A stretch of DNA of 64,000 nt, taken from contig NC_090338.1 of assembly GCF_035084215.1 (NCBI RefSeq), forward strand, positions 21,514,001 to 21,578,000, read 5' to 3'. The notes under the pieces are model-generated. The model saw nothing but the letters and a program-made list of their open reading frames with translations. It was not told where the DNA came from and ran no database searches. Position numbers and translations under genes: made by a program. The stretch is from Heptranchias perlo (Eukaryota). Of the stretch, positions 50,563 to 62,527 are shown piece by piece (position 1 is the first letter of the stretch; each line of letters opens with the position of its first letter).

Positions 50563-50599
50563 GCTATAATGATGTTCCACCAGAGGATCTTGTGGTGGA

Positions 50600-50995
50600 A
50601 TCTTGAGAAGAGGAAGGGAGAGTCACACACCAAGGTTTTAAATTTAAGTAAGGCAAACTTTGAAGGGATGAGAAATAAATTGACCACAGTAAACTGAGCT
50701 GAGCTATTAATGGGTATACCTACAGACAAACATTGGGAAGTATTCAAAGGAATAGTTGGTACAATACAAAACTAGTACGTACCCCTAAAAGGCAAAGGCT
50801 CCACTTGTGTTGTTAAGCAACTGTGGTCAACAAATAAGGTAAGAGTACCAAGCTTTAAAAAAAAAGGCTTGCAGATATGCAAGGAAAAGTCGAAATCCAT
50901 TGGACTGGGAGAGCTTTAAAAAGCAAAAAAGGTATTAAAAAAAACTAAAGTGGTGCAAAAAGGGAATATGAAAGAAAAAACGTGCAAGGGTTATC
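50600..50995 (+). mobile_element. CR1 ORF2 internal fragment (linker after the endonuclease)
   Basis: Translates as TKVLNLSKANFEGMRNKLTTVN*.., homologous to 3212-3600. Confidence 0.65.
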
Positions 50996-51105
50996 GCCAG
51001 TGCGTATGTCCAATCTCTCCCCCCTTATTTTTGAGGTTGTTGGTGATTGATTACAACTGAGTAGTTTGTTCGGCACTTCAGAGAGCATCAAGAGTCAGTG
51101 ACTTA

Positions 51106-51218
51106 GGGGTTAATTTTAACCTAACCATCTGGAAAATAAAATCAGGTGGGATGTAAAACAGCCGGCTGATCCGATGCCATCGGTTTCCTGCTGTGTAGGT
51201 TAGGTTAAAATTACCCCC
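51106..51218. mobile_element. 113-bp MITE
   Basis: 21-bp TIR ggggttaattttaacctaacc / ggttaggttaaaattaccccc with one mismatch; flanks tta/ata. Confidence 0.75.
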
Positions 51219-51500
51219 ATAGTGTGGGACTGGAGTCACGTGTGCGCCAGACCGGGTAGGGTTGGCAGGCATGATGTAGGATTTACTCTTTGCTTGAAAT
51301 CCCTGGAAGTCTCTTATCAAATGATTATGTATACATTACATACAGGGTAGCGATTGGAGGTGTTGAAAGGTAGAAATACATTGAGGGGGTTCAGATTCCA
51401 TCACAAACCACAAGAGCAAAGTGACGGTTGTTTCAAAGGGTCACAGCCCCAAGATGTGTTACGTTTTGGAAATATGTTCTCTTGTGTTGCTCCGCATAAA

Positions 51501-51686
51501 GGGGGTAATTTAAATTTTTGGCTATGGTGTAAAATGGACGATATCGAATTAAGCTACCCATGATACACATAGCCTAATTTTCCTTTCATTGAAGTCAATG
51601 AAAGGAAAAATCGGATGGGGCGTATAATGGCTGCCCAATTTGATATCGCCTACTTTAAACCATTGTTGAGAGTTAAAATTACCCCC
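51501..51686. mobile_element. 186-bp fold-back MITE
   Basis: TIR gggggtaattt / aaattaccccc, aaa on both sides, and a central hairpin ttttcctttcattga-ag-tcaatgaaaggaaaa. Arms are imperfectly complementary throughout. Confidence 0.8.
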
Positions 51687-52291
51687 AAAGTATGGTAGTT
51701 GAGTTTGTCATTTCTACTTTTAGCACCTTTCAGTTTTGCTCCATCTGCGTTTCATAGCAGACAATACCATTCACCAGACTCCTGCAATTGAATTAAATCA
51801 TTTGAACTGAAGTGCTGCTGTACCATGTGATTTGAACTCCATTCATACCAGGTTTTATTTCACTGCATGTTCCTGGGGAGCAGCATGCCCTGTATGTATT
51901 ACACATAGGATAATGGATGGCTCACAGTGAGATACAAGACAGTAATTGAATGAAGGCTTTCTGATGATCTCATAAGCTGTGAAAGTGAAGCTCAAACAGT
52001 TCTCAGCATCATCAGAATGCTGCGATTCAATTAACATGTTTTCATCTCTGCCAAATATTTCTTATTCTTTACAGGATGTAGCAAGTAGTTTTTGCGTTTT
52101 CTTATTGATGCTGATTTAGTTTGTTGCTGAGGTTTGTTCTTTTTTCCTCAAGATTACTCTCCATCTGTTGGGGAATGGAGTTTGAGAATGACATTCATCA
52201 GTGGTTCTCAGAGTGCAGCTGGAGGTAGGGGTTGGGGGGAGGCGTCACTCACGACCTACCTCCCCCTCACCTGTGACCTTTAGGTGATTTT

Positions 52292-54020
52292 TTTTATTTG
52301 TTCATGGGATGTGGGCGTCGCTGGCAAGGCCAGCATTTATTGCCCATCCCTAATTGCCCTTGAGAAGGTGGTGGTGAGCCGCCTTCTTGAACCGCTGCAG
52401 TCCGTGAGGTGAAGGTTCTCCCACAGTGCTGTTAGGTGGGGAGTTCCAGGATTTTGACCCAGCGACGATGAAGGAAGGCGATATATTTCCAAGTTGGGTT
52501 AGTGTGTGACCTGGAGGGGAACGTGCAGGTAGTGTTGTTCCCATGTGCCTAATGCCCTTGTCCTTCTAGGTGGTAGAGGTCGCGGGTTTGGGAGGTGCTG
52601 TCGAGGAAGCCTTGGCGAGTTGCTGCAGTCCATCCTGTGGATGGTACACAGTGCGCCGGTGGTGAAGAAAATGACTGTTTAGGGTAGTGGATGAGGTGCC
52701 AATCCAGCGGGCTGCTTTGTCCTGGATGGTGTCGAGCTTCTTCAGTGTTGTTGGAGCTGCACTCATCCAGGCAAGTGGAGAGCATTCCATCACACTCCTG
52801 ACTTGTGCCTTGTAGATGGTGGAAAGGCTCTGGGGAGTCAGGAGGTGAGTCACTCGCCTCAGAATACCCAGCCTCTGACCTGCTCTTGTAGCCACAGTAT
52901 TTATGTGGCTGGTCCAGTCCCACCAGGATGTTGATGGTGGGGGCTTCGGCAACAGTAATGCCATTGAATGTTAAGTGGAGGTGGTTAGACTCTCTCTTTG
53001 TGGAGATGGTCATTGCCTGGCACTTATCAGGCGCGAATGTAACTTGCCACTTATCAGCCCAAGCCTGGATGTTGTCCAGGTATTTCTGCATGCGGGCACG
53101 AATTGCTTCATTATCTGAGGGGTTGCGAATGGAACTGAACACTGTGCAATCATCTGCGAACATCCCCATTTCTGAACTTATGATGAAGGGAAGGTCATTG
53201 ATGAAGCAGCTGAAGATGGTGGGGCCCAAGACACTGCCCTAAGGAACTCCTGCAGCAATGTCCTGGGGCTGTGATGATTGGCCTCCAACAACTGCTACCA
53301 TCTTCCTTTGTGCTAGGTATGACTCCAGCCACTGGAGAGTTTTCCCCCTGATTCCCATTCACTTCAATTTTACTGGGGCTCCTTGGTGCCACACTCGGTC
53401 AAATGCTGCCTTGATGTCAAGGGCAGTCACTCTCACCTCGCCTCTGGAATTCAGCTCTTTTGTCCATGTTTGGATCAAGGCTGTAATGAGGTCTGGAGTT
53501 GAGTGGTCCTGGCGGAACCCAAACTGAGCATCGGTGAGCAGGTTATTGGTGAGTAAGTGCCGCTTGATAGCACTGTCGACGAAACCTTCCATCACTTTGC
53601 TGATGATTGAGAGTAGACTGATGGGGCAGTAATTGGCCGGATTGGATTTGTCCTGCTTTTTGTGGACAGGACATAACTGGGTAATTTCCCACATAGTCGG
53701 GTGGATGCCAGTGTTGTAGCTGTACTGGAACAGTTTGGCTAGTTCTGGAGCACAAATCTTCAGCACTACAGCTGGGATGTTGTCGGGGCCCATAGCCTTT
53801 GTTTTATCCAGTGCACTCAGTCGTTTCTTGATATCACATCGAGTGAATCAAATTGGCTGAAAACTGGCTTCCGTGATGATGGGAATATCGGGAGGAGGCC
53901 GAGATGGATCATCCACTCGGCACTTCTGGCTGAAGATGGTTGCAAACGCTTCAGCCATGTCTTTTGCTCTCAGGTGCTGGACTCTGCCATCATTGAGGAT
54001 GGCGATGTTTACAGAGCCTC
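52292..54020 (-). mobile_element. CR1-clade LINE family B, RT and 3' end
   Basis: GPDNIPAVVLK..PANYCPISLLSIISKVME..QFGFR..ALDIKAAFDRVWH; GPTIFSCFINDL..MFADD. Confidence 0.93.
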
Positions 54021-54467
54021 CTCATCTGTTGCTCTATCTTTTCTGTGGGCCTGAATTCAGTGCTCATCCACTCTGGGTTATACATGTGAGAGGGGAGAGA
54101 AAGACATCATTTTTAAGAAATTAAGCAAGAATGTCAGAATAACCTTCAAACACATCATTGCTCAGGATTGTATGAATACCCTGATGTCACCAATAAGGTA
54201 GTATGTATAAGAATGACTTGTGTTCCAAATGTTATCCAACACAATAAAAAGTGAAAAAAGTAATATTTTGTATTAATATTATTGAACACCAATTTTCATC
54301 ACAATTACAAATCCACCCGACATTTAAACAATCATAAATTAAGTATTTTGTTTAATTTAGTTTTCAGGATTTCCAAAAGCTTCTTTAGCTCTTTTCTCCG
54401 ATCCCATTTTGTTTGACTCTTCCTTCTGATTTGCCTTTAGCCTAATACAGGCTACTCAGCATATCAA

Positions 54468-54682
54468 GGGAAGCTCTTCTCCTGATTGTAGTGCTTGTGC
54501 ATCGATGAAAAGGTTCCAGGTGGGGATGCATCAGCTAAATGACCTGTTAGCAGCAAATACTTTCTGCCACATTATCTTATCAAAGGAGCAGTATTGAGCA
54601 GATCAGTAATTTGGCTGGAGTCCTCCACCTGGAGCCTTTTATCACTTCACAAGCATAGCAAACATCGAGAAGAGATTTTCCT
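54468..54682. mobile_element. Decayed fold-back MITE
   Basis: ctcttctc..gcttgtg..aaaaggttccaggtgg pairs with ccacctggagcctttt..cacaagc..gagaagag. Confidence 0.5.
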
Positions 54683-55137
54683 AAAACGTTGGCCTTGAGA
54701 TTCGATCGCACCTTAAGGATCCAATATGGCAGGCGACATGCATACGTTCATTCAGCTGCTGCTGGATTGGGTCGTCCGTAGGCATCCAGGGCACGTGCCA
54801 GAATCATTTAAAAGCCTTATTTTCATATATTCAAATGAGGGTCCTATGCTTGTAGAATCCTTTTGTGAAATGGATCTGTCCCACTGCCTGACTCGCCACA
54901 TGATAAGCTCACTCAGCTACTCGTGGAGCCAACGGGCAGCAAGGACCCTTCAGCAGTGCTATTTAAAGGGCTCTTGTATCCTATACACGTTAGTTGCTGG
55001 TTTGTCCTTTTAGGCTGCTGGATAACTTCTGGGTGTTTCTTTTTCCTATTTTCTGTTGTCTACAACTGATTTCTGACTTCTGCAAAGAAGTTTTTGCTGG
55101 TATTTGTATCTGCCTTCGCAACAGTTTTACTGCAGCC

Positions 55138-55645
55138 ATGGGTGGTCTTGTAGGTCTGCCTTTGGGGCTGGAGGACGAGGAGGAGCAGCCAAGTAGGCAG
55201 GACAGAACAAGAACAGCTGGGAAAAGAGGGATGAGGAGGAGCACACTGCGCAGGAGGCCATACCCACAGCAGATTTTCAGTTAGCTCTTCTACTTCCTTA
55301 ACTTCACTGAGCATCAGGCACCTTCGCTTCACCAAGGAGGCTATCAGCTGATATCACCTGCTGCAGCCTCAACTCGAGCCTCAAACCAGGGCATGGACAG
55401 CACTGCCTGTGGCTGTCAAAATCACTGTGGCCCTTAACTTTCATGTTCCAGGCTTCAGCAGATGACATCAGTGATATCTCTCAGTTTGCTGTTAACAGTT
55501 GTATCAAGGAGTTGACCAACCCTCTCTATGCCAGGAGGAACAGGATGAGAGAGCGCTAAGCATTGTCCGTATTGGAGACTTCCCCAGAGTGCAAGGTGCT
55601 GTAGACTGCACCCACATTGCCTCGCATGCTCCCCATCACCAGCCA
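55138..55645 (+). pseudogene. Harbinger transposase pseudogene (second family) reaching the first catalytic Asp
   Basis: RRRPYPQQIF, LRFTKEA, LPVAVKITVALNF and GDFPRVQGAVDCTHIA across frameshifts. The element probably begins near 54690 and is truncated by CR1s. Confidence 0.8.
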
Positions 55646-55674
55646 GGTCTTGCCCTCACTTCACTACAAATATT

Positions 55675-55908
55675 ATATCTCAAGAGGACTAGAATACGAA
55701 GGGAAGGTACTTACGCTTCAGTTGTATAAAGCCTTGGTTGGACCCCATTGGGAGTATTGCGATCAGTTCTGGGCACCGCACTTCAGGAAGGATATATTGG
55801 CCTTGGAGGGTGTGAAGTACAGATTCACCAAAGTGATACCTGGGGATAAAGGGTTAAATTGTGAGAACAGGTTGCAGAAACTTGTCTTGTTTTCCCTTGA
55901 GTACAGAA
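55675..55908 (+). mobile_element. CR1 fragment, left part (continues at 61669)
   Basis: YISRGLEY..LQLYKALVGPHWEY..LFSLEYR. Confidence 0.85.
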
Positions 55909-58604
55909 TATAAGAACATAAGAAATAGAAGCAGGAGTCGGCCATATGCCCCCTCGAGCTTGCAGTGCCATTGAATAAGATCATGGCTGATATTCTACCT
56001 CAACTCCACTTTCCTGTCCTAAACCCATATCCCTTGATTCCCTTAGTGTCCAAAAATCTATCAATCTCAGTCTTGAATATGCTTAACGACTGAGCATCCA
56101 CAGCCCTCTGGGGTAGAGAATTTCAAAGATTCACAACACTCTGAGTGAAGAAATTTTTCCTTATCTCACTCCTAAATAGCTGACCCCTTATCCGGAGACT
56201 ATGACCCTGAGTTCTATACTCTCCAGCCAGTGGACACAACCTCTCAGCATCTACCCTCGAAAGGCCTCTGAGAATCTTAGATGTTTCAATGAGATCACCT
56301 CTCATTCTTCTAAACTCCAGAGAATATAGACCCATTCTACTTAATCTCTCCTCATAAGGCAACCCACTCATCCCAGGATTCAATCTAGTGAACCTCCTTT
56401 ACACCCCCACCAGGGCAAGTATATCCTTCCTCAGGTAAGGAGAACAAAACTGGACACAGCACCGCAGGAGTGGTCTCACCAAAGCCCTGTATAATTGCAG
56501 CAAGACTTTCTTACTCTTATACTCTAATCCCCTTGCAATAAAGGCCAGTATACTATTTGCTCTCCTAATTGCTTGCTGTATCCACAAGTTAACTTTCTGT
56601 GATTCGTGTACAAGGACATCCAAATCCCTCCGAATACCAACATTTACTAGTCTCTCACCTTTTAAAAATATTCTGCTTTTCTATTCTTCCTACCAAAGTG
56701 GATAATTTTCACATTTCCCCACTTAATGCTCCATCTGCCACCTTCTCGCCCATTCACTTAACCTGTCTTTATCCCTTTGCAGCCTCTTTGCATCCTCCTC
56801 ACAGCTTACTTTCCCACCTTGCTTTGTATCATCAGCAAACTTGGATACATTACACTCGGTTCCCTCATCGTCATCGATATAGATTGTAAATAACTGAGGC
56901 CCAAGCACTGATTCTTGTGGCACCCCACTAGTTGCAACCTGCCAACCCGAAAATGGCCCGTTTATTCCTACTCTCTGTTTTCTGTCCATTAAGCAATTCT
57001 CAATCCATGCTAATATATTGCCCCCAAACCCATGAGCCCCAATCTTGTGTAACAACCTCTTGCATGGCACTTATCGAATATCTTTTGAAAATCTAATGTA
57101 CTACATCCACTCGTCCCCTTTTATCTACCCTGCTAGTTATACCCTCAAAAAACTCTAATAGATTTGTCAAATATGATTTGCCTTTCATAAAACCATGTTG
57201 ACTCTGCCTAATCATATTATGATTTTCTAAGTGCCCTGTTACTACGTCCCTAATAATAGATTCTAGCATTTTCCCTCCTACTGATGTCAGGCTAACGGGC
57301 CTAGAGTTCCCTGTTTTCTCTCTTCCTTTTTTCTTGAATAGTGGGATGACATTTGCTACCTTCCAATCCACAGGGACCGTTCTAGAATCTAGGGAATTCT
57401 GGAAAATCAAAACCAATGCATTTACTATCTCTATAGCCACTTCTTTCAAAACTCTAGGATATAAGCCATCAGGACAGGGGACTTGTCAGTTTTTAGTCCC
57501 ATTAATTTCTCCAGTACTTTTTCTCTACTAATCCTAATTGCTTTAAGTTCCTCTCTCTCTTGGTTCCCCACTACTTCTGATATGGATTTTGTGTTTTCTA
57601 CTTTGAAGATAGATAGAAAATGTTTGTTTAATATCGCTGCCATTTCCTTATTCCCCATTATAATTTCTCCTGCCTCTGCCTCCAAGGGACCCATGTTTAC
57701 TTTCACTATTCTCTTCCATTTTACATACTTGTATCAGCACTTACAATCTGTTTTTATATTTCTTGTTAGTTTACTCTCATATCCAATTTTCTCCTTCTTT
57801 ATCAATTTCTTGGTCATCCTTTGCTGATTTCTAAAAGCCTCCCAATCCTCAGGTTTACTACTCTTTTGGCAATATTGTAAGCCTCTTCTTTTAATCTAAT
57901 ACTATCCTTAACTTCTCTAGTTAGCCATGGTTGGACCACTTTTCCCGTGGTGTTTTTATCCTCAAGGGAACATATATTCATTGAGAATTATGAATTATTT
58001 ATTTAAATGTTTGCCATTGCTTATCTACCGTCATATCTTTTTATTCTAATTTCCCAATCTACCTTAGCCAATTCCCCCCTCATACCTACGTAATGGGCTT
58101 TGTTTAAATTTAAGACCCTGGTTTCGGACTTAACTTCATCACTCTCAAACTCAATATGAAGTTCTATCACATTATGGATCATTCTCTCCCCAGAGGATCC
58201 TTTACGATAAGATTACGAATTAACCCTGTCTCATTATGCAGTACTGCATCTAAAATAGCCTGTTCCCTAGTTGGTTCCTCGACATATTGTTCTAGAAAAC
58301 TGTCTCAAATGCATTCCATGAACTCGTCCTCCAAACTACTTTTGCCAATTTGGTTTGCCCAGTCTATATGAAGATTAAAGTCCCCCACGATTATTGCATA
58401 ACCCTTGTTACATGGTCCTCTAATTTCCTGATTTATACTCTGTCCAACACTATAACTACTTTTAAAGGGGTCTATAAACTACTCCCACCAGTGTTTTCTG
58501 CCCCTTGTTATTTCTTAGCTCCACCCATACGAATTCAACATCCTGTTATTCTGAACTAAGATCCTTTCTCACTACTGTCTTTATCTCATTCTTTATCAGG
58601 GCTA

Positions 58605-60078
58605 GATTCAGGAACTGTCCCTCTAGATTGGAAAATTGCACATGTCACTCTGCTTTTTAAGAAAGGAGAGAGAGGGAAACCAGGGAATTATAGACCAGTT
58701 AGCCTAACATCTGTTGTGGAGAAAATGCTGGAGTCTATAATTAAGGATAGGGTGACTGAACACCTCGAGAATTTTCAGTTAATCAGGGAGAGCCAGCATG
58801 GATTTGTGAAAGGTAGGTCGTGCCTGACAAACCTGATTGAATTTTTTGAAGAGGTGACTAAAGTAGTGGACAGGGGAATGTCAATGGATGTTATTTATAT
58901 GGACTTCCAGAAGGCATTTGATAAGGTCCCACATAAGAGACTGTTAGCTAAGATAGAAGCCCATAGAATCGAGGGAAAAGTACGGACTTGGTTAGGAAGT
59001 TTGCTGAGCGAAAGGCGACAGAGAGTAGGGATAATGGGTAGGTACTCACATTGGCAGGATGTGACTAGTGGAGTCCCGCAGGGATCTGTCTTGGGGCCTC
59101 AATTATTCACAATATTTATTAATGACTTAGATGAAGGCATAGAAAGTCTCATATCTAAGTTTGCTGATGACACAAGGATTGGTGGCATTGTAAGCAGTGT
59201 AGATGAAAACATAAAATTACAAAGCGATATTGATAGATTAGGTGAATGGGCAAAACTGTGGCACATGGAATTCAATGTGGACAAAGGTGAGGTCATCCAC
59301 TTTGGATCAAAAAAGGATAGAACAGGGTACTTTCTAAATGGTAAAAAGTTAAAAACAGTGGATGTCCAAAGGGACTTAGGGGTTCAGGTACATAGATCAT
59401 TGAAGTGCCATGAACAGTGCAGAGAATAATCAGTAAGGCTAATGGAATGCTGGCCTTTATATCTAGAGGACTAGAGTACAAGGGGGCAGAAGTTATGCTG
59501 CAGCTATACAAAACCCTGGTTGACCGCACCTGGAGTACTGTGAGCAGTTCTGGGCATCGCACCTTCGGAAGGACATATTGGCCTTGGAGGGAGTGCAGCG
59601 TAGGTTTACTAGAATGATACCCGGACTTCAAGGGTTAAGTTACGAGGAGAGATTACACAAATTGGGGTTGTATACTCTAGAGTTTCGAAGGTTAAGGGGT
59701 GATCTGATCGAAGTTTATAAGATATTAAGGGGAACAGATAGGGTGGATGGAGAGAAACTATTTCTGCTGGTTGGGGATTTTAGGAGTAGGGGGCACAGTC
59801 TAAAAATTAGAGCCAGAACTTTCAGGAGCAACATTAGAAAACATTTCTACACGCAAAGGGTTGTAGAAGTTTGGAACTCTCTTCCACAAATGGCAATTGA
59901 TACTAGCTCAATTGCTAAATTTAAATGTGAGATAGATAGCTTTTTGGCAACCAAAGGTATGAAGGGATATGGGCCAAAGGCAGGTATATGGAGTTAGATC
60001 ACAGATCAGCCATGATCTTATCAAATGGTGGAGCAGGCACGAGGGGCTGAATGGCCTACTCCTGTTCCTATGTTCCTA
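58605..60078 (+). mobile_element. Young CR1 LINE nested antisense in the full-length CR1
   Basis: ORFs 58716-59429 and 59578-59997; (ttcctatg) tail; near-identical to 24895-26360. Confidence 0.95.
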
Positions 60079-60419
60079 TACCACCACCCCCGCCCCCCCC
60101 ACCGACTTTCCATTTTGCCTATCTTTTCTAAAAGTGAAGTACCCTGGAATACTTAGTTCTCAACCTTGGTGACCCTGAAACTACGTCTCAGTAATGACTA
60201 TTAGATCAAACCCATTTATCTCTATTTGTGCCATTAATTCATCTATCTTGTTATGAATGCTTCATGCATTCAGATATAGTGCCTTTAATTTTAAGTTTTT
60301 ACCATTTTTCGCTGATGTGACCTTAGTCACTAATGCCCTATTATCTTTGTTAAACTCTCTGTCCCTTCCTGACACACTCTGCTTATTTTTACTCAAACCA
60401 CTTCTCTGCTCTACAGCCT

Positions 60420-61346
60420 TGACTTTAAGCCCTATCTACCGCCCTTGTTATTCGATTCACCGGGACTCTGGTCCCAGCACGGTTTAATGGAGCCCGTCCC
60501 AACGGAACAGCTCCCTCTTTCCCCAGTACTGATGCCAGTGCCCCATGAATTGAAACCCCTGCTTCCCACATCACTCTTTCAGCCACACATTTAACCCTCT
60601 AATCTGTTTGCCCGATGCCAATTTGCACGTGGCAAAGGTAGTAATCCAGAGATTATTACCTTTTGAGGTTCTGTTTTTTAACTTGGACCCAAGCTCCTCA
60701 AACTCCCTCAGCAAAACCACTTTCCTAGTTTTACCTATATTGGTTCCTATATGGACCACAACAACTGGATCCTCCCCCTCCTGCTTCAAGTTCTTCTCCA
60801 GCCATGAGGAGATGTCCTTAACCCTTGCACCAGGCAGGCAACACAACCTTCGGGACTCCCGGTCATGGCTGCAGAGAACAGTATCTTTCCCCCTACCACT
60901 ACCACATTCTTTTTTGTTCTCCCCACCTGAATGGCCTCCTGTACCACGGTGCCATAGTCAATTTGCCCATCCTCCCTGCAGTCTTTGTTCTTATCCACAC
61001 ATGTATCAAGTACCCCATACCTATTGGACAAGGGCAAAGACTGATGCTCCTCCACCACTGCATCTGGGGTCTCCTTTACCTGACTGACTCGCAGTCACAT
61101 CCTCCTGTCCCCGACCACAAATCAAATCTAAACCACTGCCCAATCTGCCTCCTGGATCAATGTGTCCATGTAACTCTACACCTCCCTGGTGCATTACAAC
61201 ATCTGCACCTCAGACTCCAGCTCAACAACTCTGAGCCGAAGTTCCCCAAGTTGCAAACACTTACTGCAGATGTGGTTGCCTGGGATCACGCTGCTCTCCA
61301 CTCACTCCCACATGCTGCAGTTACGGCACACCACCTGCATTGCCAT
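60420..61346 (-). pseudogene. CR1 ORF1 remnant: Cys-rich N-terminus, coiled coil, SGNH esterase-like domain
   Basis: MAMQVVCRNCSMWE..HICSKCLQLGELRLRVVELESE; PLSNRY; VVVVG; CLPGARVKD..VVVHIGTN. Confidence 0.8.
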
Positions 61347-61668
61347 CTCGATCTAACCTTGTTTTATTTATTTAATTAATCAAAGTTTTTATGTAATTAA
61401 TTCACTTGGTTTATTTTTAGTTTTTTTAAAACTAGTTAATTTATCTCATTTTCATTATTAATTTAATGAAGTATTAGCAAGTTGTAGGTTCCTAGTTTAA
61501 ACCACTCCCCTAGCATGGAGAGCAAAAAAAATGTATTACTCACCAACCAGTCACCAACCAACTGTCCTGTGACGTCAACAGAGGCTGCTCGCCTCACACA
61601 CCCAGTTCCACTCCTGCTGCTCTCCCCTCCCTCTTTATGTGTGGGCCGCTCGCCTCACACACCCAGGT

Positions 61669-61875
61669 AGAAGATTGAGGGGTATTCTAATTGAGGTGTT
61701 TAAAATAATAAAAGAATTTGATAGAGTAGGTACAGAGAAGCTATTTCCTCTGATGGGGGATTCCAGAACAAGGCGGCACAATCTTAAAATTAGAGATAGG
61801 CTATTCAGGAGTGGAATCAAGAAGCACTTCTTCACACAAACATTAATGGAAATCTGGAAATCTCTCACCCAAAGG
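61669..61875 (+). mobile_element. CR1 fragment, right part of 55675-55908
   Basis: RRLRGILIEVFKIIKEFDRV..LFP..FFTQ directly continues LFSLEYR; agaa at both junctions. Confidence 0.8.
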
Positions 61876-61889
61876 TTTTTGCCTCCATG

Positions 61890-62250
61890 AATCTCTCTGG
61901 CCGTCCCAAGTGTTGATCACTGTCTGCGTGAAGAGGACTTCCTGATATCAATCCTAAAATTACCTGTTACCAGTTGAACCTCTGTCCACTTGTACCGCTC
62001 CTATAGTTTAATTTAAAATAGTATTTCAAATTAACCTTTTCCATATTGTTTACTATCTTTTTGTCTCTAAGGTCACCTGAGACCCCTCCTTTCTAGGCTG
62101 ATAAACTTAAATCCCTCCACTCTTTCCTCATAACTCAGATCCCTGATGGTAGGTATTAGTTTTGTGGCTCTTCTCCGCACTGCCTCCAGCGTTTGAATAT
62201 CTCTGTTAGTTGGCAATCAGAACAGGACACAGTAATAAAGGTGCGGTCAG
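61890..62250 (-). mobile_element. Old CR1 3' ORF2 remnant
   Basis: The reverse strand gives gaccgcacct..tactgtgtcctgttctg, ctggaggcagtgcggagaagagccacaaaactaatacc and gagttatgaggaaaga. Confidence 0.6.
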
Positions 62251-62527
62251 AGTAAACCCAGTGTTACCCATGTAATCCTTCATCGATCATAAAATGCATG
62301 AATGCGCTGTTAATTTTTTAAAAATCCGATCTGATTACCCTCACAAACCAGCATCACATCTCTCACAGCTGCCTCTCACTGACTGATAATACCTTACTAC
62401 AGTGCATTCCCCACTACAGTGGGATTGAAGTGGAAAGCCAAGGAAAAGCTAATTCATCGTGTCTTCCAGATCCTGTCTCAGGATTGAAGTTGCTCTTTTT
62501 GTTATCCCATGTGCTCCTTCTTCCTAT

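Larger units (their letters stand above)
55909..61668 (-). mobile_element. Near full-length CR1 LINE (5' UTR, ORF1, ORF2, tail), decayed and interrupted at 58605-60078
   Basis: Tail (aagaacat)n at 55911. RT pieces at 56123-57706; endonuclease region about 58150-58600 and 60080-60300; ORF1 about 60420-61346. Confidence 0.9.

Noticed and set aside
51961-51995. CTGATGA..GAAA spacing resembling a hammerhead
   Set aside because: There is no paired helix II or helix I around the cores. The CTGATGA hits near 13317, 20391 and 22754 fail the same way.
60420-61346. SGNH esterase as a captured host gene
   Set aside because: An esterase-like domain is a normal component of vertebrate CR1 ORF1, and it lies in the expected position upstream of ORF2.
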